Origin: an uncultured Verrucomicrobiae bacterium | Lineage (GTDB): Bacteria > Chlamydiota > Chlamydiia > Chlamydiales > Rhabdochlamydiaceae | DNA: 64,000 nucleotides | Assembly (NCBI GenBank): GCA_963718565.1 | Contig: OY970364.1 | Span: forward strand, 96,001-160,000 | Reading direction: 5' to 3' | In this document: in pieces, positions 9,657 to 19,929 of the stretch | How positions within the stretch are numbered: the first letter of the stretch is position 1 | Layout of the letters: each line of letters starts with the position of its first letter | Notes under the pieces: generated by a model | The model's database searches: none | The model's input: the letters and a program-made list of their open reading frames with translations, nothing else | Told to the model about the DNA's origin: nothing | Position numbers and translations under genes: made by a program

Positions 9657-9944
9657 ATGGCTAAACGAATCTCGCACCAAGCCAGTTTTAAAGGCAGGGT
9701 AGCGCTTGAGGCATTAAAGGAAGACAAGACACTATCAGACTTGGCCCAACAATTCAAAATACATCCAGCACAAATCACCAAATGGAAAAGTCAAGCAGTT
9801 CAAGGCATCTCGCGGCTGTTTGAAGATAGGCGTAAAAAAAAATCGGCCCCAGATATAGACATTGAGGCGCTTTATGCCCAAATAGGCAGGCTTCAGTCTC
9901 AGCTCGAATTTTTGAAAAAAAAAACCGGGGTTGACAACTCTTGA
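9657..9944 (+). CDS. IS3 transposase OrfA (HTH)
   Basis: FKGRVALEAL..LAQQFKIHPAQITKWK; ends at an A10 run, a likely -1 frameshift site. Confidence 0.9.
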   Translation: MAKRISHQASFKGRVALEALKEDKTLSDLAQQFKIHPAQITKWKSQAVQGISRLFEDRRKKKSAPDIDIEALYAQIGRLQSQLEFLKKKTGVDNS

Positions 9945-10818
9945 GAAACGCAGGTTGATTGAACCTGAACATCCCATGTTATCTGTCGAGGCTCAATGTG
10001 AAGCGTTGGGCCTCCCTCGATCTAGTTATTACTATGCTCCTATAGTAGAGTCAGAGGAAACCCTTGCTCTTATGCAGAAAATAGAAGAATTGCATTATGC
10101 GCAACCCGAATATGGTTATAGAAAAATACATGCCGATTTAAGGCGTGAGGGATTTAACGTGAATGAAAAAAGGATTGAGAGGTTATGGAGAAAAATGGGG
10201 TTTTTATCTGTTCTTCCCAGAAAAAACCTCAGCAAACCCTCCGCATCACACCCGCACTATCCCTATTTATTAAATGGTTTGTGGATTGGAACTCCTAACC
10301 AGGTTTTCAGTGCCGATATAACATTTCTCCCATTGGCTAACGGTTTTGTCTATCTGATTACAGTGACCGATTGGTTTAGCAGATACGTGCTTGCTCAGGA
10401 GCTCTCGAACACTATAACTGTGGATTTTTGTCTTGCAGCACTAGAAATAGCCTTACAGAAAACGTGTCCAGAATATTTTAACACGGATCAAGGGTCTCAA
10501 TTTACAAGCACCGCGTTTCTAGAATTATTGCGGCAACGGGGTATCAAGATCAGCATGGACGGCAAGGGCAGGTGCATTGACAACGTCTATCAAGAGAGAG
10601 GTTGGTGGTCTCTGAAATACGAAAAAATATATTTACATCGTTATGAAACAGTAAGAGCACTGCGTGCTGGGGTTGATGAGTATATCGAGCATTTCAATTG
10701 CAGTAGACCGCATCAGGCCTTATTGTATGCGACACCCAATGAAATTTATCATGGAATCAAACCCAAATATTCAAAAGGAGAGTACAAAGGATTCGAAGTC
10801 AAAAAAGCAAAAAAATGA
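9931..10818 (+). CDS. IS3 transposase OrfB (DDE integrase core)
   Basis: YGYRKI, ADITF, NTDQGSQF, DNVYQER, RPHQAL. Confidence 0.92.
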   Translation: MTTLEKRRLIEPEHPMLSVEAQCEALGLPRSSYYYAPIVESEETLALMQKIEELHYAQPEYGYRKIHADLRREGFNVNEKRIERLWRKMGFLSVLPRKNLSKPSASHPHYPYLLNGLWIGTPNQVFSADITFLPLANGFVYLITVTDWFSRYVLAQELSNTITVDFCLAALEIALQKTCPEYFNTDQGSQFTSTAFLELLRQRGIKISMDGKGRCIDNVYQERGWWSLKYEKIYLHRYETVRALRAGVDEYIEHFNCSRPHQALLYATPNEIYHGIKPKYSKGEYKGFEVKKAKK

Positions 10819-11430
10819 AAGTTGAAAATCCAAGAACGTTTGTGTACGTATATGCCAAGCATTCCGAGGGCTTTTCAAGAAGCCTGTCCGGCTTATTTGG
10901 GAAAGGCTTGTCGGGGGACTACCGTCCCCCCTGCTCCCGCCTTCGGCGGATGGGGCCCCTACCCCATCCACCTCAGTTTGGGCATTATAAGGTCTGTTTT
11001 TCAGAATAAGAGGAGGGTCGGGGCTTCGCCCCCGCACCCCCGAAAACAGGAAAGTTCTCACTGGAGAAAAAAGAAGAAAAGAAAAAAAGAGATTGTAGGA
11101 AATATAACCTTAGAATAATATGCAGCGAATATGAGCTGCAGAATGGCTTATAGAGAAAGACTTAACACAGAGAGTTACTTATTCCCCTCGATTTTCTGTC
11201 CAACTTTTTGTCGGCAGCGCAGTAACAATATTTAACCTTGGCATGGACTGTGCATTTGAGGACTGGTGGATTCATCCAAGTGCGTTCCCTGCTAATGTAT
11301 TATCTATGCTTGCATCTTTGGATTTGAAGGCAAAAGATAACGACCAAATTATAAATATCATTTATTGCAGTCGGTTATCGAATCCAATCGATTAGAATGA
11401 GGGCATTTTACACAGCTTATAAAATAGTGT

Positions 11431-12133
11431 ATGGAGAGGAAAACGGTTGTCGTCACAGGAGCTTCAAAAGGGATTGGCAACAAGCCAACGTCTGGCGAGT
11501 GTGGGTTACGATGTGATAGGAATTGCTCGCACAGAACCGGAAGAGATGTTTCCAGGTCAATTTCTCTCTTGTGATTTGAGCAGTGAAGGGGAAACAGAAC
11601 GCATCATCGCGATGCTTTTAGAGCGACATCATGTAGATGCCCTAGTGAATAATGTAGGAGCTGGGGGACCTCAACCATTGGGATCTATCGACCTTGCCTC
11701 CTTGAGAGCTCTCTATGATATCAATGTTCGCACAGCAGTTCAAATGACCCAAGGATTCGTTGGTGGGATGAAGGATCGCAATTGGGGACGCATTGTCAAT
11801 CTTGCCTCTAGAGCAATCTTTGGGGTTTCTGGACGTACTAGTTACGCAGCTGCGAAGAGTGCTCTCATTGGTTGTACGCGCGTATGGGCTCTTGAATTAG
11901 CTCCACTAGGTATTACCGTTAACGCTGTAGCCCCCGGTCCCATCGAAACCGTTATGTTTCGTGCAATTCGCCCTGCTGGTAGCGAGGCTGAAAAAGAACT
12001 GTTAGCGCACATTCCAATGGGTCGAGTGGGGGAACCCAAGGAAGTGGCCGCAGCAATCGAGTTTTTGCTTTCTGAAGATGCAGGTTTTATCACAGGACAA
12101 ACTCTCTGTGTGGATGGTGGCGGTAGCCTATGA
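11431..12133 (+). pseudogene. SDR family oxidoreductase, frameshifted near the 5' end
   Basis: ATG 11431 gives MERKTVVVTGASKGIG (Rossmann motif) in a different frame from the rest (NNVG, YAAAK, NAVAPG). The 703-bp span is not a multiple of 3. Confidence 0.8.
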
Positions 12134-13314
12134 TGAAACTTGGCATTGTCACTCGAAAGGATGAAAAAGAAAAGTGGGGTGGTGATCTTAAGGCAATTTA
12201 TTCGATTCATGAAGGCTTAAAAGAGATTGGACAGGATGTTCTGCTTGGTAAAACCGCAGAAGAGTTGGAAAATGTCGATTTTGTCTTATTGTCCAATATT
12301 TGTTGTGATCTGAAAGAAGACTTTGTCGCAATTCAGAAAATGCATAAGTCTTTTGGTGTCATCTGCTTTCATGAAGATCGAGATCAATATTATGGTCCTT
12401 GCTATGGTTTTGCTCATTATGTAGGGCTTTGTCTTCATCAACCTGAGCAGTTATTGGAGCAGTTATTCGAAAACCCAGAGATTGTTTATTATTTTTCCTA
12501 TCAATCGCCTTCTTTTTTCCAAGAGAATTTTTCAATTTTAAACCAGGCGAAAATTTGCATTGCGACATCGCAAACAGAAAAGCAAACTCTACAAAGAGAT
12601 TGTCCTGAATGTCCAACTGAAGCGATTCAATTAGACTGCGGCATTTCAGATCATTTTTTAAAACAAAACGATGATCTGTTTTTGAAATGGACAGGACTAA
12701 AACATAAAGAGTATATTTTACAAGTAGCTCGTATACAACCTCGTAAAAATCAGCTTGCAACAATTCTTGCAATGAAAGATCTCGATATTCCTCTTGTTTT
12801 CATTGCAACAGAGACGAGCATCTATTCTTCGTACGAAAAGCTATGCTTTCAAGCGATTAAAAAATGGCGAAAAGCCCCCACAATCATCATCAGCCAAGCC
12901 CATGAAAATCGCACAGATGGAAATTTACAAATTCTAAAAATGCCAAATGGTGAGATTTTACCTTTTTCAATGCTCGTCAGCGCTTATCAACATGCAGGTC
13001 TTATGGTGCATCCAGCCTTTTGCGAACTTCCCGGACTCGTTTACCTAGAGGCAGCAAAGCTTGGTATACCAATCATTGCTTCTGAATGGACAACAGTAAA
13101 AGATTATTTTACTGATCCAATAACGGGGCGATATTCCTTGGATGATCGCATTTCGTATGTACTACCGCATCATGTTAAGATATTAGAAAATATGATCTTG
13201 AGCCATTTTGGAAAGAAAGTAGATAAAAATTTTATCCATCCTATTTTTCAAAGGCAAAAAAGCGATGTTGCGAAAGATTTAATTCAATCAATTAAGAAAT
13301 ATATTGGTTCATAG
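12130..13314 (+). CDS. Glycosyltransferase, GT4/GT-B type
   Basis: VARIQPRKNQ and ELPGLVYLEAAKLGIPII (ExxxxxxxE) motifs. Confidence 0.85.
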   Translation: MMKLGIVTRKDEKEKWGGDLKAIYSIHEGLKEIGQDVLLGKTAEELENVDFVLLSNICCDLKEDFVAIQKMHKSFGVICFHEDRDQYYGPCYGFAHYVGLCLHQPEQLLEQLFENPEIVYYFSYQSPSFFQENFSILNQAKICIATSQTEKQTLQRDCPECPTEAIQLDCGISDHFLKQNDDLFLKWTGLKHKEYILQVARIQPRKNQLATILAMKDLDIPLVFIATETSIYSSYEKLCFQAIKKWRKAPTIIISQAHENRTDGNLQILKMPNGEILPFSMLVSAYQHAGLMVHPAFCELPGLVYLEAAKLGIPIIASEWTTVKDYFTDPITGRYSLDDRISYVLPHHVKILENMILSHFGKKVDKNFIHPIFQRQKSDVAKDLIQSIKKYIGS

Positions 13315-13433
13315 GAAGAATTGGGGAGCTATAACGAAGCAAAGCGCAGCAGATCGCCTGTCGCAGCACGCGAATAAGGGAGGGTAGGGGGCAAGTTGGG
13401 TTAATAAATTAATTTCAATGGTTAAATTAAAAA

Positions 13434-13459
13434 TGTACGGGCAAAGCTTTGCCCGTACA
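13434..13459. repeat. Perfect 26-bp palindrome (REP-like or terminator)
   Basis: TGTACGGGCAAAGCTTTGCCCGTACA equals its own reverse complement. Confidence 0.75.
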
Positions 13460-13561
13460 GTTAAAAACTCTTGGTAGCCTAAAAGATCCAATGTTGTTAA
13501 ATTCTGTCTTTGCTTTCAGGTAAAGCTTCCGAATGAACAATTAATCCAAGATGGTCAAGAA

Positions 13562-13700
13562 ATGATGCGTCGTTTCGATGGGAAAGTGTCTCCTAAAGAT
13601 GTTTTAGTGGATGTCATTGCGTTAAGTCGACGCTCTTGCACACACCCGATCCAAGGATGTTTAGCGTATGCAACCAGGGAAAATTTTGTAGGAAAGGCTC
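13562..13700 (+). pseudogene. Possible D-Ala-D-Ala dipeptidase (M15D) N-terminal remnant
   Basis: LAYATRENFVG resembles the YAT.xNF.G motif of VanX/DdpX; the sequence then diverges. Confidence 0.4.
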
Positions 13701-13913
13701 AAAGTTTCCTTCAAGAAATGAATGGTGTTTTTCGTTTTATCCAGAGGACTTTAAGCAATTATGGCCTAATGATGAGCCTTTTAAGCAAAGCTATACGCCA
13801 AATGGAGAAACGTGGACGGCTACAAGGAAATTGGTAGAACAAGCTTATAAGCGATAATGCTGAATTTCTCATGCGATGGGTGCAGCCAATGATAGAAATC
13901 CGTGTGCCTCTTG

Positions 13914-14891
13914 ATGAAGAATAATTTCAAACCAGCTTGGTGGCTGCCTGGGGGCCATTTACAAACGCTGTGGTCCGGCCTAAGAAAAAGAAAAATTAAT
14001 ATTCCTTTGGTTCGCGAACGGCTGTGGCTGCCTGATGGAGATTTTTTGGATCTCGATTGGATTTCAGGTAATGCCAAGGCTCCTATTGTTCTTATATTGC
14101 ACGGCCTTAGTGGATCAATAGAATCAAGCTATGCCAAAGGAATGCTAAGAGCTTTGAAGAATTCGGGATTGCGCGGTGTTTTCATGCACTTTAGGGGCTG
14201 CAGTGGTGAGCATAACAGAAGTGTGCAGTTTTATCATGCTGGAGAGACAAAGGATCTTGGTTATGTTTTGCAAACATTCAATCAGCGCGAACCCACTACA
14301 CAAATAGCTGTTATTGGTTTTTCTCTAGGAGGAAATGTATTATTGAAATATCTTGGCGAAACACAGATGGACAATTCTATTTGCTGTGCAGTTGCTGTTT
14401 CTGTGCCCTTTTTATTAAATCGATTTGCAGACAAAGTTCAAAGGGGAGGCTCATCCATATACCAAAAATACCTTTTATCAAGACTTCGGAATAAAATATT
14501 GGACAAGGCTAGAAGCATGGCGCTTCCGATTGATTTAGAAAATTTGGATAAGATCAAAAATTTTTGGGACTTTGACAATGAAGTTACTGCTAAAATCCAT
14601 GGATTTAAGGACGCTAAAGACTATTACGAAAAATCGAGTTCGTTTCATTACTTATCAAGGATCAAGAAAAAAACATTGATAGTGCATGCTTGTAATGATC
14701 CGTTTTTGTATTTAGACGCTATTCCCCATCAGAATCAATTACCAGTTAACGTGCAGTTAGAGTTGCAACAAAGTGGCGGGCATATGGGTTTTATAGCGGG
14801 CAATTTGCCTTGGAATCCTAAATATTGGCTGGAAGAGCGAATTCCTTCCTATATTCAAGCGAATGTACTAAGAGTCAGTCCACAAACCTAG
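13914..14891 (+). CDS. YheT-like alpha/beta hydrolase
   Basis: HLQTL, LPDGDFLDLDW, HGLSGS, FRGCSG, GFSLGGN, DPF, GGHMGF. Confidence 0.9.
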   Translation: MKNNFKPAWWLPGGHLQTLWSGLRKRKINIPLVRERLWLPDGDFLDLDWISGNAKAPIVLILHGLSGSIESSYAKGMLRALKNSGLRGVFMHFRGCSGEHNRSVQFYHAGETKDLGYVLQTFNQREPTTQIAVIGFSLGGNVLLKYLGETQMDNSICCAVAVSVPFLLNRFADKVQRGGSSIYQKYLLSRLRNKILDKARSMALPIDLENLDKIKNFWDFDNEVTAKIHGFKDAKDYYEKSSSFHYLSRIKKKTLIVHACNDPFLYLDAIPHQNQLPVNVQLELQQSGGHMGFIAGNLPWNPKYWLEERIPSYIQANVLRVSPQT

Positions 14892-14919
14892 TTATACTGC
14901 GCCCAGTCTAGAGAACTGA

Positions 14920-15425
14920 TCACTTGTTGCCCTGATGGTATTCAAGCAATTCGTATCCCCAAGGGAGATCCATGCTGTAGAAAGTTCCATCTTCAGACTG
15001 CAATTCTATCTTCGCGATGCCTTTCCGCAATCCAATCACTTCCGGAGCAAGCTCACAACTTATCGGCCCTTGCAGATCTTGGGAGAGAATTTCCTTTCCG
15101 GAATGTGAGATCAGTTTATATTTCTCCTGCTTTCCAATGCCACAAATATCAAGATCATAGAGTGTGTTGCCGGGTTTTGCGCAAAGTAGAGTTCCTTTCG
15201 CTAAAAGATCTCCCGACTTGTTCTTCAAAAACAGAGGGCGGGGATAGAAGACAATTTCTCTGTATGCGTCTTTGGCAGATAGACGGATCGTTATCTTTTC
15301 TCCTGGCAAATAGCCGCGAGCGCTTACCACAATGCCTGCCGCCATGTTGCAATTTTTACATTTCAGGATACTTTCAGAAGAGAGCTGTGAATAAGGATAA
15401 TAGCGATCGGGAAGCGATTGTAATA
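14920..15425 (-). pseudogene. Hypothetical protein truncated at its 5' end by IS256
   Basis: The open frame runs up to the IS256 left end; no continuation found on the far side. Confidence 0.55.
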
Positions 15426-16912
15426 GGTAGTGTAACATTGTTTCTGTAAATTCAATTTTTCAAGAAAGTGTTTTGATAATTGAAAAAAAAGTTTGAGATC
15501 ACATTCTCTTAAGTTTAGACAAACAAACAAAAGGAGAGGTTATGATCTCAAACAGCACATATGCCCCTGTAATCAACGCATTAGTGGAAGAACTCGGACA
15601 ACAAGGCTTACACGGCCTCAGCGAACTCTTGAGCAGGCTCTTCAATGAATTAATGAAGACCGAACGAGAGCAGGTTCTTCAAGCTGGTCCATATGAGCGG
15701 ACAGAGGCTAGAAAAGGTTATGCTAATGGTTTTAAAGATAAAACGGTACAGACTCGTTTTGGAAAATTAGAACTCCAGGTTCCACAAACTCGAGAGATTG
15801 CATTCTACCCACAGTGCTTAGAGAAGGGAGAGCGATCAGAAAGGGCATTAAAATTGGCAATTGCAGAAATGTATGTTCAGGGTGTTTCAACGCGGCGAAT
15901 AGCTCCAATTGCAAAAGAGCTGTGCGGCTTTGATTTGAGTTCAACCCAAGTTTCTCGGGTTGCAATGATTCTCGATGAGGAGCTTGAAAAATTCCGCAGG
16001 AGAAATTTAGGTCACATCGTTTATCTTTATCTCGATGCCGATTATCAAAAGGTGAGACACGATGGACACGTCAGAGACATTGCAGTACTAAAAGCTGTTG
16101 GAGTGAACAAAGATGGATTTCGAGAAGTGCTTGGCATTTCATGCAGTTTATCTGAGGCCGAAGTGCATTGGAGGACATTCCTGGAAGACTTACTCTCTCG
16201 AGGATTAAGAGGAGTAGAAATGGTGATTAGCGATGATCACTCTGGGCTAAAAGCTGCACTAAGGGCAGTGCTTCCATCGGTTCCTTGGCAGCGCTGTCTT
16301 TTTCATCTTGCTCAAAACGCTCAAAGCTATGTCCCAAACACGGCAATGCGAGGAGAAATTGCACAAGCGGTACGAGATGTTTATCAAGCCTTGAATCAAC
16401 AAGAGGCTGAAAAACGAGTTAAGGAAACAGTGCAAAGATATGAAAAAAGAGCACCCAAATTTTGCAATTGGTTTGAAATCAATGCAATTGAGGCAATGAC
16501 ATTTTATCATCGGCCAAGAAGGCACTGGAAACAGATAAGGACTGTTAATATTGTTGAAAGGCTTAATGGAGAGATTAAGCGGCGAACAAGAGTAGCAAGA
16601 TTATTTCCCAATGAAGCGTCTTGTGAAAGATTGGTCACTGCCGTGGTATCTGAGATACACGATGAATGGATAAGCGGAAAGAGGTATTTGACGTTAGAAT
16701 AAAATATTGAGGAAAACAACGCTAACACCGATGGAACACTTTTTGTTTAGGGGTGAATTATCTGGCATAAAAAAGTGTCAGATTCGAAAAATTTTTCCTC
16801 AAAAGCAAAGTAAAAAGCCGAAGCGTCTCTGACGCGAGAGGCCGTTTTTATAGTAAGAAATTGACCTAAGTGAAGAAGATTTCAGATTTTACAGAAAAAT
16901 TGTTGCTTGATC
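15426..16912 (+). mobile_element. IS256-family element (copy 1, no target duplication)
   Basis: 1487 bp, essentially identical to 53933-55419. Imperfect IRs GGTAGTGTAACATTGTTTCTGTAAA / TTTACAGAAAAATTGTTGCTTGATC. Confidence 0.95.
15542..16702 (+). CDS. IS256 (Mutator-like) transposase
   Basis: EMYVQGVSTRR, YLDA, ISDDHSGL, WQRCLFH, TVNIVERLNGEIKRRT. Confidence 0.95.
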   Translation: MISNSTYAPVINALVEELGQQGLHGLSELLSRLFNELMKTEREQVLQAGPYERTEARKGYANGFKDKTVQTRFGKLELQVPQTREIAFYPQCLEKGERSERALKLAIAEMYVQGVSTRRIAPIAKELCGFDLSSTQVSRVAMILDEELEKFRRRNLGHIVYLYLDADYQKVRHDGHVRDIAVLKAVGVNKDGFREVLGISCSLSEAEVHWRTFLEDLLSRGLRGVEMVISDDHSGLKAALRAVLPSVPWQRCLFHLAQNAQSYVPNTAMRGEIAQAVRDVYQALNQQEAEKRVKETVQRYEKRAPKFCNWFEINAIEAMTFYHRPRRHWKQIRTVNIVERLNGEIKRRTRVARLFPNEASCERLVTAVVSEIHDEWISGKRYLTLE

Positions 16913-16970
16913 GAAATACGGCAACATTATAGCCACAAGTTGCTATAAAATAAACCCAAAACTCGGGTTA
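16913..16970. repeat. Family E palindromic element, right-end fragment abutting IS256
   Basis: ATACGGCAA...CTATAAAATAAACCCAAAACTCGGGTTA resembles 47043-47083. Confidence 0.65.
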
Positions 16971-16981
16971 TTACAGGGTAT

Positions 16982-17708
16982 AGGAAATTAAGAAGAATTT
17001 TTTAAACTTAGTAAGGGTTTTTAAAGTGTCTCTTTTTCACATGTCGGGGACAAAGCACTGCGTGTCCTTTATCCCCTGCTGGCCCCCTTGGGACTCATCT
17101 CGCTTTGCCAAATCGCGTGCTCGTCGGGGGGCCGTGCAAAGCACTGATCCCCCCACGCGCTGACCGCGCTCTCCTGCGCTGCGATTTTGCTTTGCGATCT
17201 GAGTCCATCGGCTGCTCATGCGCTCACTTCCCGCCCTGGCTTCGCCCTTTCGGGCGGGTCCCTTTTCGCGTCGACTCGCAGAGCAATTCTGAATGCAAAA
17301 CAACCCCGGTCTTCTCTTATCAACAGAATGGATGCTTTTTTTGACTCTTTTAAAGAGTGGGCATATCAATGATAAGTGTAAAAAGCCTGATGTTTGATTT
17401 AAGAATGGCTCTGCGAGTCGACGCGAAAAGGGACCCGCCCGAAAAGGCGGAGCTAGGGCGGGAGTGAGCGCATGAGCAGCCGATGGACTCAGATCGCAAA
17501 GCAAAATCGCAGCGCAGGAGAGCGCGGTCAGCGCGTGGGGGGATCAGTGCTTTGCACGGCCCCTCGACGAGCACGCGATTTGGCAAAGCGAGCTGAGTCT
17601 CAAGGGGCCAGCAGGGGACATTGGACACGAAGTGCTGTGTCCCCGACATGTGAAAAAGAAGCACTTTAAAAACTTTTAGTGAATTTAAAAAAATCTTCTT
17701 AATTTCCT
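16982..17708. repeat. Long GC-rich inverted repeat (~310-bp arms, ~110-bp spacer)
   Basis: 16982-17290 is the near reverse complement of 17402-17708. The ORF track shows the same peptides on both strands. Confidence 0.92.
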
Positions 17709-17734
17709 GCGCCCTGCGGGTTATTAATGCCGTT

Positions 17735-17967
17735 GCAGAAAATCGATGATTTTGGCACCTGTTGCCAGAACCCGCATAGCTGGTTCGGTTGGCGGCGGCG
17801 AAAGCATACTTGGATAAGTGGCTGCGAAGACACGAGAAGGTCCGGGGAACCTTCGTAAGTAGCAAAGCAGGTGAGCGAAGAGCGAACCGGGGTCGAAGGC
17901 AGCCGCCGCCAAGGCGATAGGTGCCAAAAGCGCGATTTTATGCGGTGAGGAGTTTTGCAATTCCCTC
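17735..17967. repeat. Family A palindromic element, long form, one end missing
   Basis: Reverse complement of 39132-39315 with about 70 bp of extra internal sequence; ends GAGGAGTTTTGCAATTCCCTC. Confidence 0.9.
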
Positions 17968-17991
17968 AGCATCTTTGGTGCTCCCCAAATT

Positions 17992-19206
17992 TCAAGAATG
18001 GTTAGCTTTTTGCGACATGGCCCACCATAAAACTGCGGAAGCCAGTAGACATTGTATTAAAATGGATAGTGAAAAGGGAAAAGATACCTTGTCAGGAAAA
18101 TGGGACGCAATATTTGTTGCCAGAGCACCCCCCAAATAAGCAAGAAATCCCCATAAGGCACTTGCGCTTCCTGCAAGATGAGGAAAAATCGAAAGACTAA
18201 GACCGATGCAATTCGTAAAAATAAAGGCGATCCCAAAAAAGAGTAAACAAAGCGGGAGAACAATTACAGAAATACTAAGTATGTTATTTGCTGCTAGAAT
18301 TACCATCCCAGATGAAACAACCAAGATCCAAGAAACTCCCATTTTTATTACCCTATTTTGTGGAAAATGATGGATCAAGCGAATATTAAGCGAAGAACCT
18401 AAAAAATAACCTCCGGAAATGAGCAACATCATCCACCCAAAGACTACAGGTGAAAGTCCCAGAACTTTTTGCAGTAAAAAAGGACCCACTACATAGAACG
18501 AGGACAAAATACCATAGAGAAAAAAATCCGCGAGGACATATCCCATAAAAGCTTGGCTCAAAAGTAAGGTGAGATAATTTTTGCCTATTACAACGGGATG
18601 GATCGATTGGCGTTTTGCAGGGTCTTTTGTTTCAGGTAAAAAGAAAAAAGCCCATATCCAAATCATGAAGACAAATATAGCGAGGAAAAGAAAGTTGACT
18701 CTCCATCCCCACCACTCTTCAATATACCCACCTAGCACTGGAGCGACAACAGGAGAGAGCACCCACAAGATTCCTAAAAAAGCAACTTTCTTGGCAAGTT
18801 CTGTACCGTGATAAAGATCTCTTAAAATCGCCCTACAAAGTACATTTGCTGATCCGATGCCTATTCCTTGAATCAACCGCATGATCAGCAGGAATTCTAT
18901 AGAATGAGCAAGATAAGCTCCTACTGCACCACCGATAAATATTAGTAGACCTATGAGAAGAACAATTCTTCTCCCGAAGCGCTCTGAAATGGGTCCATAA
19001 AACAGCTGAGAGAAAGCAAAACTGACTAAAAAATATGTTAAGGTTTGTTGTACAATGCTTTTTGTAGTATTTAGATCCAATACCATTGAAGGTAATGAAG
19101 GCAAGTAAATATCGATTGCAAATTGCCCCAAGGTCACTAACATTAATGCTAGAAAAGCGACCATTCCTTTATTCATTTTTACCTTTGAGACGAATTGCTT
19201 TTTCAA
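17992..19206 (-). CDS. Bcr/CflA-family MFS drug efflux transporter (start uncertain)
   Basis: IDIYLPSLP, QLFYGPISERFGRR, RLIQGIG, LPET; about 12 TM segments. Confidence 0.9.
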   Translation of the reverse strand: MKKQFVSKVKMNKGMVAFLALMLVTLGQFAIDIYLPSLPSMVLDLNTTKSIVQQTLTYFLVSFAFSQLFYGPISERFGRRIVLLIGLLIFIGGAVGAYLAHSIEFLLIMRLIQGIGIGSANVLCRAILRDLYHGTELAKKVAFLGILWVLSPVVAPVLGGYIEEWWGWRVNFLFLAIFVFMIWIWAFFFLPETKDPAKRQSIHPVVIGKNYLTLLLSQAFMGYVLADFFLYGILSSFYVVGPFLLQKVLGLSPVVFGWMMLLISGGYFLGSSLNIRLIHHFPQNRVIKMGVSWILVVSSGMVILAANNILSISVIVLPLCLLFFGIAFIFTNCIGLSLSIFPHLAGSASALWGFLAYLGGALATNIASHFPDKVSFPFSLSILIQCLLASAVLWWAMSQKANHS

Positions 19207-19261
19207 GGCTATGTAAAACAGTATTTATAGTCTTTCTTTTTTTTAAAAAACTCAAAAGTAT

Positions 19262-19314
19262 TTGGCAGAGTCGCAGCCTGTCAAAATTCACCAAACCTAA
19301 CCGCGCGCCGTATA
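19262..19314. repeat. Degenerate family B half element
   Basis: GCAGAGTCGCAGCCTGTCAAAATTCACCAAACCTAAC...GTATA approximates the reverse complement of 23468-23520. Confidence 0.6.
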
Positions 19315-19929
19315 AAGTCTGGTCAGTTTTAAAATTATTTATTGTCAATACGGCATTTCTATTTTGCTTCTACAAATTACATTTTTAGTTTGCTTTTAAT
19401 ATTTAATTTAAGTTATAATCAATAGTAGATTAATTAATTTAATAATGGTAATTAAGATGTCGATTCAGCAAAAAACAAACAATATTAATGTTTATGATGT
19501 CGTGTCATTGTACGATATCCTGATGAAAAATGAATCTTCCGAAATCAGAAGCACATGTGAAGGAAATGGAAGGCAGATCACCACTTGGTTGGAAACCTTA
19601 TCCTCACCGGATGCCATTCCTAAAACTGATGCAAAAGAAATCACTCGACTGTTCCTCGAGAGATTTAATACAGAGGCACTACCACAATTGCATGGCAATA
19701 TTTATAATCGATGGGTCTTTACCCATCACGTCGAGCATAAAGATATAGAATTCGGCAAGCATTATCTCGAATCACATCCTGAAAGTCCTGTGGTATTAAA
19801 AGCGATTGCTGATTTTCTTCTCGTACATTTAGTCGCTTCATTATCAAGTGCATACAAACAAGAAGATTATGAACGAGCTCAATTAATTTACTCCATTTTA
19901 CCTAAAAAGATCCAGGATAGGATTGAGGG

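Larger units (their letters stand above)
9567..11221 (+). mobile_element. IS3-family insertion sequence (copy a)
   Basis: TG...CA ends with imperfect IRs (TGCGCTGCC...). 3-bp target duplication GTA at 9564-9566 and 11222-11224. orfA/orfB with an A-run slippery site. Confidence 0.95.
9021..11395 (+). pseudogene. FkbM-like SAM methyltransferase split by IS3
   Basis: SQASQD, YYLEIGAG, IDYLSLDID, IITIEHD. The frame resumes after the IS (V-TIFNLGMDCAFEDWWIHP) and ends at TAG 11393-11395. Confidence 0.85.

Noticed and set aside
10771..11118. Passenger genes in the IS3 tail
   Set aside because: Short overlapping ORFs in several frames over hairpin-rich DNA, with no recognisable motif.
17037..17972. 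Several overlapping ORFs on both strands
   Set aside because: They are translations of the long inverted repeat and the family A element, with mirror-image peptides and no domain motifs.
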